Assembly (NCBI GenBank): GCA_030041955.1
Contig: JASIAO010000105.1
Span: forward strand, 1-62,806
Direction: 5' to 3'
From: Acidobacteriaceae bacterium
GTDB taxonomy: Bacteria; Acidobacteriota; Terriglobia; Terriglobales; Acidobacteriaceae
Length of the DNA stretch: 62,806 nucleotides
The position numbers and the translations under genes were made by a program. The notes beneath the pieces were generated by a model. That model did no database searches, had not been told where the DNA came from, and saw only the letters and a list, made by a program, of their open reading frames with translations. Each line of letters opens with the position of its first letter. Position 1 is the first letter of the stretch. Of the stretch, positions 53,629 through 62,806 are shown in pieces.

Positions 53629-55842
53629 TCACTCGCCCCAGTTCACTCGCAGGCCGACTCTTAGCACCCTTGGCGTCCCCAGCGTCGTCACCGGCGTCTT
53701 GCCCACTTCAATGGCGCGATCGAACAGGTTCTCTCCCGACGCGAACGCTACTATGTGCCGTCCGAAGCTGTGCTGGCCATATGCATCCAGGCGAAAGTAC
53801 CCATGCAACAGGTACGCGTTCGCATCATCGTCGAATTCGCGCCCGCTCTCCAGAGCCTGCACGCTCACCAGCCCCCAGCGTGGCCGCGACAGCCGCACCT
53901 GGATGGTCGCCATATTTTGCGGCACCTCCGGAATCCATTTGCCCACCAGCGCCGGCTGGGGCGCGAATTTCGTAACCGTGGCCAGAGCAAATTGGTAGCC
54001 GCCTTCCAGGCCGAGCCATTCTGCCGGCCGCGCGGCATAGTCGAGCGACACCCCGCGGCTCTCAATCTGCCCCAGATTCTCCCGCTTGAGCAACTCCGAG
54101 GTCGGCGTCACGCTCAGCGTCAGCGCGGTGATCGGCCGATTCACCTGAGTCCAGAAATAGCTTGCGCGCACGCTCGACCCCCAGCGACGGGCATTGGCCT
54201 GCAGCCCCGTCTCCCATCCCGTGGCGCGCTCCGAACGCAGGTTTGGATTCGGCTCCGTCGTCTGCTGACCCACCTGGCCGGTGCGATACAGCTCGTTCTC
54301 CGTTGGGGCGCGGTACGCCCGAAATGCCGAAGCATTGACTGAAACCGATTCACAGATGCGCCGCACCACCCCCAGTCGCGGATCGAAGACCGTTTCGCCG
54401 AAAGAAGGGAGCGATGCGGCCGGCGCCGGCGCGCTGAATTGCCGCGCGTTGAAATTCGAAAAGCGATCGATGCGCGCGGCTCCGCTCATCGTCCACTTGC
54501 GTGGGGTCAACAATGCCTCGCCCCATACCCCCGTCTGGCGCTGTTCCGCCGAGGTATCGAGAAACCCGCCGGCACCCGTAAAAAGCCGCTCGCGATCCTC
54601 GGCGCGAACGTCGTGCGTGTCCGCTCCCGCCAGCGCCAGCGCGTGCGTGCCGACCAGATGATGCCAACGCAGCGCCGCCCCCAGCTCATCCGCCGGGTCG
54701 AACGCAAAGCGCGTCAGCTTTTCCGAGGTCCGCCCCGGAGCGATGCTTGAAAACGTCTGCCGAAAATGCTCATCGCTGCCCCACAGGCGCAGAGCGAAGT
54801 CGCTCCAGTCCGCGCCTGCGGCCCCGCGCCACAACCGCGTCGTATTCCACTGGTCCGGCGTGCCGTTGTGCCGAGTTTCGTTCAGCACATTGCTGCGAAT
54901 GAAGACGCGGCCCGGATTGTTCCCACCGCTCGCTGGGAGCGCATGTTCCACCTCTATCAGCCCATTCTGTGCATGCACGTTCGACGGCTGATCGATCGGA
55001 CCCCGCAGCGCCGGCGCCACCAGCGTGTACCCGTCGGTGGCGATCAACTGCCCACCGCCCAGCGCCGACCACGGGCCCCTCTTCATCGTCGCCAGCGCGC
55101 CATCGTCCAGCGTGCTCTCCGATCCTCCGCTCATTGAAATCTGCAGGCCGGAAGATTGCGGCCGTACCGGAATGACGCTGATCACGCCGCCGATTGCGCT
55201 CGACCCGTACAAGTCCGACGCTCCGCCTCGCACCACCTCCACCGAACGGATCGCCAGCTCCGGCAATTCCTCCCAGTGAATCCACCCGCCATAGGGATCG
55301 TTCAACGGCACATCGTCGAGGACCACCAGCGAACGGCTGGCAGCCGTCGATCCCAGCCCCCGCAGCGAAATTCCCTCCGTGGTCGGATTGGCCACCAGCG
55401 AGCTCGATCTGCGAAAGAGCTGAAACCCGGGCACCTCGCGCAGCTTCCCATCCAGATTCGGACTTGCCGCGTGCTGCAACTGCTGCCGATCGAGCACCCG
55501 CGTGCTCGCCGGACTGTCTTCGGCCCCCAGTGGCGTTTGATAAGCGGTGACGACGACGGTTTCCAGTGGCTGTCGCAGAATCACATGCACCGGTAATCCT
55601 GGCGCAACGGTTTCCACCACGGCGACATAGTGCGCAGCCGTGATCTCGATCCGCCGTGGCGGCGCAGTCAGCGTAAAAGCGCCGTCCGGCCCTGTGACAG
55701 CCAGCGCGTGTCCCGCCATGTCCGTGATGGTCGCCTGGGCAATCGGCTGCCCGTTCGCGTTCACGACCGTGCCCCGCGCGGTAACCTTCGTCTGCGCGGA
55801 TGCGCCAGTAGCGATCAGGAGGAGGAGGAGCAACGTTCTCAA
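53629..55842 (-). CDS. TonB-dependent receptor with N-terminal carboxypeptidase-regulatory-like domain
   Basis: Signal peptide, CarboxypepD_reg-like segment (GTVVNANGQPIAQATI), plug (LVVLDDVPLNDPYGGW) and terminal beta-strand ..LRVNWGE. Confidence 0.85.
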   Translation of the reverse strand: MRTLLLLLLIATGASAQTKVTARGTVVNANGQPIAQATITDMAGHALAVTGPDGAFTLTAPPRRIEITAAHYVAVVETVAPGLPVHVILRQPLETVVVTAYQTPLGAEDSPASTRVLDRQQLQHAASPNLDGKLREVPGFQLFRRSSSLVANPTTEGISLRGLGSTAASRSLVVLDDVPLNDPYGGWIHWEELPELAIRSVEVVRGGASDLYGSSAIGGVISVIPVRPQSSGLQISMSGGSESTLDDGALATMKRGPWSALGGGQLIATDGYTLVAPALRGPIDQPSNVHAQNGLIEVEHALPASGGNNPGRVFIRSNVLNETRHNGTPDQWNTTRLWRGAAGADWSDFALRLWGSDEHFRQTFSSIAPGRTSEKLTRFAFDPADELGAALRWHHLVGTHALALAGADTHDVRAEDRERLFTGAGGFLDTSAEQRQTGVWGEALLTPRKWTMSGAARIDRFSNFNARQFSAPAPAASLPSFGETVFDPRLGVVRRICESVSVNASAFRAYRAPTENELYRTGQVGQQTTEPNPNLRSERATGWETGLQANARRWGSSVRASYFWTQVNRPITALTLSVTPTSELLKRENLGQIESRGVSLDYAARPAEWLGLEGGYQFALATVTKFAPQPALVGKWIPEVPQNMATIQVRLSRPRWGLVSVQALESGREFDDDANAYLLHGYFRLDAYGQHSFGRHIVAFASGENLFDRAIEVGKTPVTTLGTPRVLRVGLRVNWGE

Positions 55843-56253
55843 GGCGTTCGCCTCATTGATGTTTCATTCAGGCTGGAAGTTGCTGGCTTCGCGTTTGCAG
55901 GCGTCAAGCGGCGCCGGGCATCTTGTACAGACAGGCACCGTCCAGGAGTCGGAATTGTTCTTCACTGCAAGAGATAGCATGGACCTCTCCGTACGGATCG
56001 TTTGGTCTGAGCGGCGACACTTCCTGCACCGGCCACATCATCGCGTGGAAGGTGCGCCATATGCTGCACCTCGACTACGTTCCGATCGGCCCGAGCCCCG
56101 ATCACAACGACAACATGCTTCCGGATTCCGCATCAATTCATGCTTCGAAAAAAAGAGCTGCTGCTTTCTGTAGCATCCGGCAGGCACTTCGGAGTGATAT
56201 AGTTCGGTTTTCCAGTCAGTCGCCCCGGAAAAATCAACCAGGAGAGTTGAATC

Positions 56254-59200
56254 GTGAAAAGAAGCCTCGTGCCTGCCGGTGCTTTACTTGTTTTCGCCAC
56301 AGCCGCCCTGCTTGCCCTGCCCGCCGGAGCACAAAGCTCCAGCGACCTGTCCGCCCAGACGCAGATGAGCAAGCTGAAGTGGCGTTCCGTCGGCCCGTAC
56401 ATCGGCGGACGCGTGGTCACCGTAACCGGCGTTCCCGGGCATGACAATCTCTTCTACGCCGGCACCGTGGGCGGCGGCGTGTGGAAAAGCACCGACGAAG
56501 GCCTCGAGTGGAAGAACATCACCGACGGCAAGCTGCCTGGGGATAGCGCGAGCATCGGCGCCATCGCCGTGGCGCCCTCCGACCCGAACGTTATCTATGC
56601 GGGTACCGGAGAAGACGATATCCGCAACGACATGATTCCCGGCGACGGCATTTACAAGTCGACTGATGCGGGCGAGACGTGGAAGTACGCGGGCCTGCGC
56701 GAGACGCACTCAATCAGCGAGATCATCGTCAGCCCGAAGGATCCCAATGTGGTCTACGCATCGTCGATGGGCCACGTCTTCGTGCCCGGACCGGACCGCG
56801 GCGTTTACAAATCCACCGACGGCGGCCAGACCTGGAAAAAGATCCTCTTCGTCGACGACAAGACCGGGGCGATCGATCTGGTGATGGACCCGAATAATCC
56901 CGACCTGCTCTACGCCACAATGTGGCAGGGGCAGCGCATGCCGTGGGGACTCATCAGCGGCGGTCCGGGCAGCGGTCTCTACAAGACTACCGACGGCGGC
57001 GACCACTGGACGAACCTCACGCATAATTCCGGATTCCCGGCGGGCACTCTGGGGCGCATCGGCGTCTCCCTGGTGGCCAGCCAGCCGGACACGGTATACG
57101 CAGTCGTTCAGGCAGACGACGGCGGCGTCTTCCGTTCCGACGACGGCGGCGCGACGTGGAAGCTGGTGAATAACGAGGCGAAGCTGCGCCAGCGCGCCTT
57201 CTATTACATGGCCATCTTTGCCGACCCGAAGGATCCGAACACCGTCTACGCGCCCCAGGTGGATGCGCTGTGGGTTTCGCATGACGGCGCGAAGACGTGG
57301 ACGCGGCTGCACACTCCGCACGGTGACAACCATGTGATCTGGATTAACCCGGACCACACAAACATCCTGCTCGAAGGCAACGACGGCGGCGCAACCGTCT
57401 CCACCGACGACGGCAAGACGTGGAGCCCGGATCACAATCAGCCGACCGGGCAGTTCTACCACGTCAATCTCGACGATCAGTTCCCTTTCCACATCTACGG
57501 CGCGCAACAGGACGAAGGCTCCTTTGAAGGACCGAGCGCCGACAGCGGTGGCGCGATTCCGCTGGCCGAATGGAAGAGCGTGGCCTTCGGCGAGAGCACC
57601 TTCACGGTGCCGCAGCCGGGCGATCCCGATATCACCTACGGCAGCGGCTACTACAGCATCTTCGTCAAGGAAAACCAGAAGACCGAGCAGATGCAGAGCG
57701 TCGCCCCGTGGCCGCTGTATCGAAGCGGCGCATCGTCGGACGAGCTCAAAGATCGCTTTGGCTGGACGCATCCGATTCTCTTTTCGCCGGCGAATCCGAA
57801 AGAGCTGCTCACTTCCTCGCAATACGTCTTTAAGAGCGACGACTACGGCATGACGTGGACGCGGATTTCTCCGGACCTGACGCGCAATCAGGCCGCCAGG
57901 GAGATTCCCAGCGGAGGCTCCATCGATTTGGATCAGACTGGCGCTGAAGTCTATCCCGAGGTTTACGCGCTGGCGGTTTCTCCGCTGGACGGGAACCTGA
58001 TCTGGGCCGGCTCCGACGACGGAGTGGTGCATGTGACCACCGATGGCGGCAAGAGCTGGCAACTGGTGACACCGCCGGACCTGCCCGATTCCGCCGTCAG
58101 CTCGATCGAACCATCGCACACCGACCGGCAGACCGCCTATCTGACCGCGTGGCGCTATATGTGGGACGACTTCCGCCCCTACGTCTTTAAGACCACGGAC
58201 CTGGGCAGGCACTGGACGTCCATCACCGCCGGCCTGCCCGACAACGAATTTGCCTTCAGAGTCCTCCAGGATCCCAACGACGCGAACCTGCTGTTCCTCG
58301 GCACCTTCAGCACGGTGTATGTGAGCTTCGACGGCGCCGCGCACTGGCAGCCGCTCACGCTGAACCTGCCCACTGCCGAGGTGCGCGATATCGCCATCAA
58401 CACTCGCCAGGGTGACGTGGTGATAGCCACGCATGGCCGCGCCTTCTGGGTGCTCGATAATCTGGCCCTCCTCGAACAGCTAACGAAGAATCCCTCCGTC
58501 GCCGCCGGCAGCAGCTACCTCTTCGCGCCGGAAAAGGCGTGGCTCACGCACGCGTACGGCACTTCGCGGAGGCCTCGCCCCGGTTTCGGAGAGAATCCTC
58601 CCTTTGGCGCGACCGTCTTCTTCCGCATCCCTGCAGGCTACGATGGCAAGACCCCGCTCACGCTCTCGTTCAAGGATGCGCAGGGCAAGCTGATTCGCAG
58701 CTTTACTCTGCATCCGAAAACAGAGCAGCAGAAGAAGGAGGAAGCCGACGAGAAGGCCGGGAAACCCGCGCCGGATCGCAGTGGAGAAAGCGCCATCCAG
58801 CAGCGGCAGGAAGCCGAATCCCGGCTGACCGCGGTTGAGCCGGGGATGAACCGCTTCCAGTGGGACCTGCGCTATCCGCCATCAGTCGAGGTCAACGGCT
58901 ATCATTCGCCGGAAGCCGCTGGAGGCCTGGACTATTCGGTCGACGGTCCTCTGGTGCTGCCTGGAACGTATTCCGTTGTGCTGAACTACGGCGGGCAAAA
59001 ATCCACACAGACCTTTACAGTCGCTCTGGATCCACGCCTGCACGCAACCCAGCAGGATCTGGCCGCCGAGCTGGCCCTCGTTAACCAAATTCACGATGAC
59101 ATGAACGCGCTGAATACGCAGCTGAACCGCGCGCTGGCCGCTCGCGACAAACTGCAGAACAACGCTCAGGCTGCGAGCACGCTGGACGAGCTGAACCACG

Positions 59201-59427
59201 AGATCGACGATGTGGTGCAGATGAAGATCCGCTCCAGCGAGGGCGACACGATGCACGAAGCGAAGCTGCACGCGTATCTGGCATACCTCGCGGCGGACAT
59301 CGAGGTGGCGTATGCTCGGCCGACGGCGGCCCAGTACGAGGTTTTCCGCTATCTCGATCAGCAGACCAAAGCCGCTGAGCAAAAACTGCAGTCGCTGACC
59401 GCACAGGCCGAAAGAGAAGCCAGGTAA
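56254..59427 (+). CDS. BNR/VPS10 (sortilin-type) repeat protein, glycosidase-like, secreted
   Basis: 1057 aa with a signal peptide. Many repeats of the form G(G/I)(V/I)(W/Y)KSTD.G.TW. Confidence 0.75.
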   Translation: MKRSLVPAGALLVFATAALLALPAGAQSSSDLSAQTQMSKLKWRSVGPYIGGRVVTVTGVPGHDNLFYAGTVGGGVWKSTDEGLEWKNITDGKLPGDSASIGAIAVAPSDPNVIYAGTGEDDIRNDMIPGDGIYKSTDAGETWKYAGLRETHSISEIIVSPKDPNVVYASSMGHVFVPGPDRGVYKSTDGGQTWKKILFVDDKTGAIDLVMDPNNPDLLYATMWQGQRMPWGLISGGPGSGLYKTTDGGDHWTNLTHNSGFPAGTLGRIGVSLVASQPDTVYAVVQADDGGVFRSDDGGATWKLVNNEAKLRQRAFYYMAIFADPKDPNTVYAPQVDALWVSHDGAKTWTRLHTPHGDNHVIWINPDHTNILLEGNDGGATVSTDDGKTWSPDHNQPTGQFYHVNLDDQFPFHIYGAQQDEGSFEGPSADSGGAIPLAEWKSVAFGESTFTVPQPGDPDITYGSGYYSIFVKENQKTEQMQSVAPWPLYRSGASSDELKDRFGWTHPILFSPANPKELLTSSQYVFKSDDYGMTWTRISPDLTRNQAAREIPSGGSIDLDQTGAEVYPEVYALAVSPLDGNLIWAGSDDGVVHVTTDGGKSWQLVTPPDLPDSAVSSIEPSHTDRQTAYLTAWRYMWDDFRPYVFKTTDLGRHWTSITAGLPDNEFAFRVLQDPNDANLLFLGTFSTVYVSFDGAAHWQPLTLNLPTAEVRDIAINTRQGDVVIATHGRAFWVLDNLALLEQLTKNPSVAAGSSYLFAPEKAWLTHAYGTSRRPRPGFGENPPFGATVFFRIPAGYDGKTPLTLSFKDAQGKLIRSFTLHPKTEQQKKEEADEKAGKPAPDRSGESAIQQRQEAESRLTAVEPGMNRFQWDLRYPPSVEVNGYHSPEAAGGLDYSVDGPLVLPGTYSVVLNYGGQKSTQTFTVALDPRLHATQQDLAAELALVNQIHDDMNALNTQLNRALAARDKLQNNAQAASTLDELNHEIDDVVQMKIRSSEGDTMHEAKLHAYLAYLAADIEVAYARPTAAQYEVFRYLDQQTKAAEQKLQSLTAQAEREAR

Positions 59428-59457
59428 GGGGGCGCTGACGGCGGAATCAGCGCCCCC
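59428..59457. terminator. Bidirectional terminator hairpin
   Basis: Perfect 11-bp stem GGGGGCGCTGA-cggcggaa-TCAGCGCCCCC between convergent genes. Confidence 0.6.
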
Positions 59458-59487
59458 GGACACGTCATCCCTTCCAAGCTGCTCCGG

Positions 59488-61227
59488 TCAAAATGGATTC
59501 TGCGCGAAGCAGCCCGGCCCGTTCGTCACCGACGTCAACACCTGCGACTTCGACGCGATGGTGCGGCTGTAGCACTCACCCAACGAATTCCTCCAGGTAT
59601 AGGTTCCTGACGACTGGCTGTTGCTGTTCCCGGTGAAATTGAAGTTGGCGTCCCAATTGAGCGTATCCGTCGAATGCACTTTGTTGGTCAGGTTGCTGTT
59701 ATAGAGCGGGAACCGGCCGAAATTTGTACCCTCGTTCTTCGCATCGCTTTGATGGACGGTAGTCGTCTGCGTGTAGGTGCCGTCGGCGTTTTCAACGAAC
59801 AGGTAATCGATATTCAGCGGGTATTCAAAGTCCTCCTCGCTCGTTGTCGCCAGCCGGCTCTGCTGCGTGGTCGTGATCGAATGCACCGTGGTCAGCTGCT
59901 GCGCGTTCTGCTCGTCGGTGGTTGCGTTCACCACGAATTGCTGGTTGTTGCTGAAGTCCACACTCTGCGTCACCGTCGTCACCACCCGCCCCTGCGACGT
60001 GTTCAGGTAACCGCTGATAGTAAAGTTCCGGTGCGATGTGGTCAGGATGTTTCCTGTCGAATTACCGCTGGCATCTGTCGTGATGTTGTTCTGGATCTGC
60101 GGGCTCGGCGCTGCCGAGAGTGAGTTGCTGATCAGGCCGCCTGTAGTCTTCTGCGATCCGTGATCGAGATACACGAGAAGGTTAGCCGTCGCCAGGAAAT
60201 AGCCATTTGCGTTGTACACGCTCACGGCCACCGTGTGCGTGTCGCCATCGCCCAACACACCCGCGAATGGAGTCAGATTGACGCGATACGGCACGAAATC
60301 CAGAGTCTGCACGCCGGTGACTGGCTCCCACAGGAACGGGTCGATGCCGCCCGTGAAGATCCATGGATACACCGGCGCCACGCCCGCAGGATTCCCGTCG
60401 ATCCAGATCTCGCCCTCGCGAAACGCCGTGTTCCCGCAGCTCTCCAGCGGACCGGTCTCATTGTTCGGCACGCAAAAATACCAGAATTCGTCGCCGATCT
60501 GGTTTTGCGTAATCACGTCCAGATAGACGCTCTCCACGTTTTGCGGCAGATTCAGCGTCTGTGTGATCTGATCGCTTCCTGTGTTCAATGTGCCCGCGTC
60601 ACCCCCCGAGCCGTTCACCGGAATGACGATGTCCGGAACGCGCGGCGCGGGATTGCGAAAGTTCGCCGGATAGAATTCCAGCGCAGCGTTCGCGTAGATG
60701 ATCCCGTTGTAATCCACTCCGTCATACACGCCGACGAAGTTGCCCAGGTTGGCTTCGCCCGTCTGCGCCGACTTGAAAATCGCCGACAGATCCGTGACGT
60801 CCCGTTCCACATGCCACGATGGGCTTAAGGCGCTCCGCGGCTCTGCCGTCGTGCCGTAGTAGATGTTGGCGTGGCCCAGATAAAACGCGGCGGTGCGGTC
60901 ATACTGCGTGCCGGCCGTCACCGTGAAGTCTGCCGTAAACACCACCTTCGCCCAGGGTCCCGGGCAATCCGCCGGCGGAGTGTAGCTGTACGTCTGCGGT
61001 GTGTAGTTGTCGAACGCCAAATCCTGGAACAACTGCACCACGCATGGTTTGGTGCTGGGTCGAGGCACCGTCGGTTCAGCTGTGGCGGGATTCGACGACC
61101 CGATCTGCGGTGTGGGAGGGACGACAACCACCTGCGCGCGCATCGCACCGGTTGATGCGACCAGCAGCGCAATGGCCGGGGCAATCCACCGCCCCGAAAC
61201 GAGGGAGAAATGCCGAGTCACAGGCAT
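59488..61227 (-). CDS. Peptide-N4-(N-acetyl-beta-glucosaminyl)asparagine amidase A (PNGase A)-like protein, secreted
   Basis: Signal peptide. CPGPWAKVVFTADFTVTAGTQYDRTAAFYLGHANIYYGTTAEP resembles the PNGase A family N-terminal domain as I recall it. Confidence 0.5.
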   Translation of the reverse strand: MPVTRHFSLVSGRWIAPAIALLVASTGAMRAQVVVVPPTPQIGSSNPATAEPTVPRPSTKPCVVQLFQDLAFDNYTPQTYSYTPPADCPGPWAKVVFTADFTVTAGTQYDRTAAFYLGHANIYYGTTAEPRSALSPSWHVERDVTDLSAIFKSAQTGEANLGNFVGVYDGVDYNGIIYANAALEFYPANFRNPAPRVPDIVIPVNGSGGDAGTLNTGSDQITQTLNLPQNVESVYLDVITQNQIGDEFWYFCVPNNETGPLESCGNTAFREGEIWIDGNPAGVAPVYPWIFTGGIDPFLWEPVTGVQTLDFVPYRVNLTPFAGVLGDGDTHTVAVSVYNANGYFLATANLLVYLDHGSQKTTGGLISNSLSAAPSPQIQNNITTDASGNSTGNILTTSHRNFTISGYLNTSQGRVVTTVTQSVDFSNNQQFVVNATTDEQNAQQLTTVHSITTTQQSRLATTSEEDFEYPLNIDYLFVENADGTYTQTTTVHQSDAKNEGTNFGRFPLYNSNLTNKVHSTDTLNWDANFNFTGNSNSQSSGTYTWRNSLGECYSRTIASKSQVLTSVTNGPGCFAQNPF

Positions 61228-61492
61228 GTGGGTCTCCTTTTTGCGGCTAGAGTCTCCGGGGCGCTGGCCTGCTGCTCGTTCCAGTGCTCCCGGAAACGAT
61301 CAGAAAATGCGCAGAAAGCATACCATGTGAATCAAAAATGGAGATAGCCGATCATTTCCAGGCTGTGGCGGTGTGCTTTCCCTGGAAAGCTCGGCAACGC
61401 TTCCCCCGATTCATCACCCGTCCCGCCGCCTGCCCGCAGCTACGTCAGGCCGCAGGCGCGGCGCTTACGCGGAGCCACTGCTCAGGAGGTAA

Positions 61493-62806
61493 TTACGGTT
61501 GCGTACTGCTCAGGGATGGTGGCGCATCCGTCGCCTTCGCTCCCCAGGAATGGTTGGGATCGGCGCCGAGGGTGAAGCGCAGTTTGCCGCCAGCGGCGAT
61601 GTCGCTGAAGGAGATCCAGTTCTGCTGCTGCTCGTGACCATCCAGTTGCACAGCCTGAATATAAGGATTCGCTTCCGGGTCCGCCGACGCTTCGATGGTG
61701 AAGGTCTTTCCCGCATACGGAGCGCTCAGGTGCAGCACAACCCTGGGAAACAGGGGGCTCACCAGTTCATAGGACAAACTGGCCGGATCCACACTGTAGA
61801 TGCCCATCATGCTGAGTACAGCCCACGATGACATTTCTCCGCAGTCGTCATTTCCCGGCACACCGTCAGGAGCGTCTGTGTAGTTCTCTTTCAGAACGCG
61901 GCGAACGACTCGTTGGGATTGCCAGGGCTGTCCGGAGAAATTGAATTCGAAAGGAGCTTCCAGATCCGTTTCGTTATAGGGGTTGTAATACTGGCCGTAC
62001 CAGCCAGGCTCTTTGTAGTTAAAGAACTCGGTCAGCCGCTGGTTGAAGAGGTCCGGCCCTACCGCGCCGATCACCCATGCCAGATCCGACGGCTCGAGCC
62101 ACTGATAGTGCCAGCCGGAGCCCTCGATGAAGCCATGCTCCTCCTGGCTGGGATCGAACTTCGGCACCCACTCGCCGTCCGCATTGCGAGGACGGAAGAA
62201 GCGGTCCTGCCGGTCGAACACATTGCGGTAATCGAGCGCGCGCTCGTACAGCATCTTCGCATCGTCGGTCTTGCCCAGCGCCTGGGCCAGGCGATACAGC
62301 GACGCATAGGCAATCGCGTCCTCCTGGATCTGCGAAACCGAGCCATAACTCATCTTGTCGTCCGGAACGTAATGGAGTTTGTTGATCCAGTCGATGGCAG
62401 CTTCGCCCGCGTAGGGGCGTCCGGGCGGGGGCGCCTCGGTCGCATCCAGCAGCATGCCCTTCCAGCCCGCATCCATGTCGAAGCCATGCAATCCATCCAG
62501 CCAGGCCGTCGCCAGCACAACACTGAGAGGACTGCCGGCCATCACGTTCGTGTAGCGATTGATCTGCGGCCAGCGGCCCACCCAACCTCCCTGCTGATAC
62601 ATGAGCACGACGGACTGAGCGATGTCCTGCATTCGCTGCGGATCGACCATGGCCACCAGCGGCATTTGACTGCGGTAGATATCCCAGCCTGAGTAATTGG
62701 CATAGACGTCATGCCCCGGCGCAACATGGTGGATCTGTTCGTCGAATCCTCTGTAGCGGCTATCAGCGTCGCTGTAGATGCTGGGCATCATCAGGCTGTG
62801 ATAGAG
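61493..62806 (-). CDS. Glycoside hydrolase family 92 (alpha-mannosidase), C-terminal part; N-terminus lies beyond the window
   Basis: GNDDCGEMSSWAVLSMMGIYSVDP is the GH92 signature. The ORF stays open to the right window edge. Confidence 0.8.
   Translation of the reverse strand, partial: LYHSLMMPSIYSDADSRYRGFDEQIHHVAPGHDVYANYSGWDIYRSQMPLVAMVDPQRMQDIAQSVVLMYQQGGWVGRWPQINRYTNVMAGSPLSVVLATAWLDGLHGFDMDAGWKGMLLDATEAPPPGRPYAGEAAIDWINKLHYVPDDKMSYGSVSQIQEDAIAYASLYRLAQALGKTDDAKMLYERALDYRNVFDRQDRFFRPRNADGEWVPKFDPSQEEHGFIEGSGWHYQWLEPSDLAWVIGAVGPDLFNQRLTEFFNYKEPGWYGQYYNPYNETDLEAPFEFNFSGQPWQSQRVVRRVLKENYTDAPDGVPGNDDCGEMSSWAVLSMMGIYSVDPASLSYELVSPLFPRVVLHLSAPYAGKTFTIEASADPEANPYIQAVQLDGHEQQQNWISFSDIAAGGKLRFTLGADPNHSWGAKATDAPPSLSSTQP

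Noticed and set aside
56710-58434. 574-aa ORF on the - strand, antisense to the BNR/VPS10 gene
   Set aside because: This is a shadow ORF. The + strand shows repeated KSTDGG.TW BNR motifs, and the antisense translation has no recognisable features.

Overview
This is a GC-rich 62.8 kb bacterial chromosome segment. Gene content suggests Acidobacteriota, but that is an inference and was not tested. I can support about 58 protein-coding genes and no intact RNA gene or CRISPR array. Many long antisense shadow ORFs are present and were discarded. Coordinates include stop codons, and starts were refined by eye from RBS and overlap logic. All product calls rest on motifs I recognise, since no database search was possible.

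**Layout**
- **1-18.9 kb, accessory-looking block.** It contains an IS630-type transposase fragment at the window edge, a Zn-ribbon SAM methyltransferase, a TetR plus FAD oxidoreductase pair and a MarR plus ICMT-like methyltransferase pair. It also holds the arsenic locus (arsR, then arsM-arsC-acr3 on the other strand) and an operon encoding an ECF sigma with a fused ZAS domain, TolC, MFP, RND and DUF2892. Decayed genes (cupin, lipocalin-like) and a LysR/aldo-keto-reductase pair follow. The block ends at a 45-nt 3' fragment of tRNA-fMet, which looks like an att remnant.
- **19-26 kb.** This holds an EF-P-like paralog translationally coupled to an adenosine-specific-kinase-family gene, small Cys- and His-rich proteins, and a four-gene group 3b type [NiFe]-hydrogenase (hyhBGSL).
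- **26.7-36.3 kb, the most unusual locus.** It holds an AmmeMemoRadiSam trio whose components all carry export signals, two Tat-signal DUF362 proteins, a NapH-like membrane polyferredoxin, a lipoprotein and a roughly 14-TM spermidine-synthase fusion.
- **36.5-62.8 kb.** This holds split PgaB-like polysaccharide genes, a SigF/NrsF-type ECF pair and a PHA cluster (phaAB, phaCE, phasin, phaR). It also holds a TPR/Fis-HTH regulator, the glyoxylate shunt (aceA, aceB), and a TonB receptor / BNR-VPS10 / PNGase-A-like / GH92 glycan cluster.

**Cross-cutting signal.** A GTGA-N6-TCAC palindrome (CRP/FNR type) occurs five times. All five are in intergenic gaps in front of the hydrogenase, the AmmeMemoRadiSam and polyferredoxin operons, and two small-protein genes.
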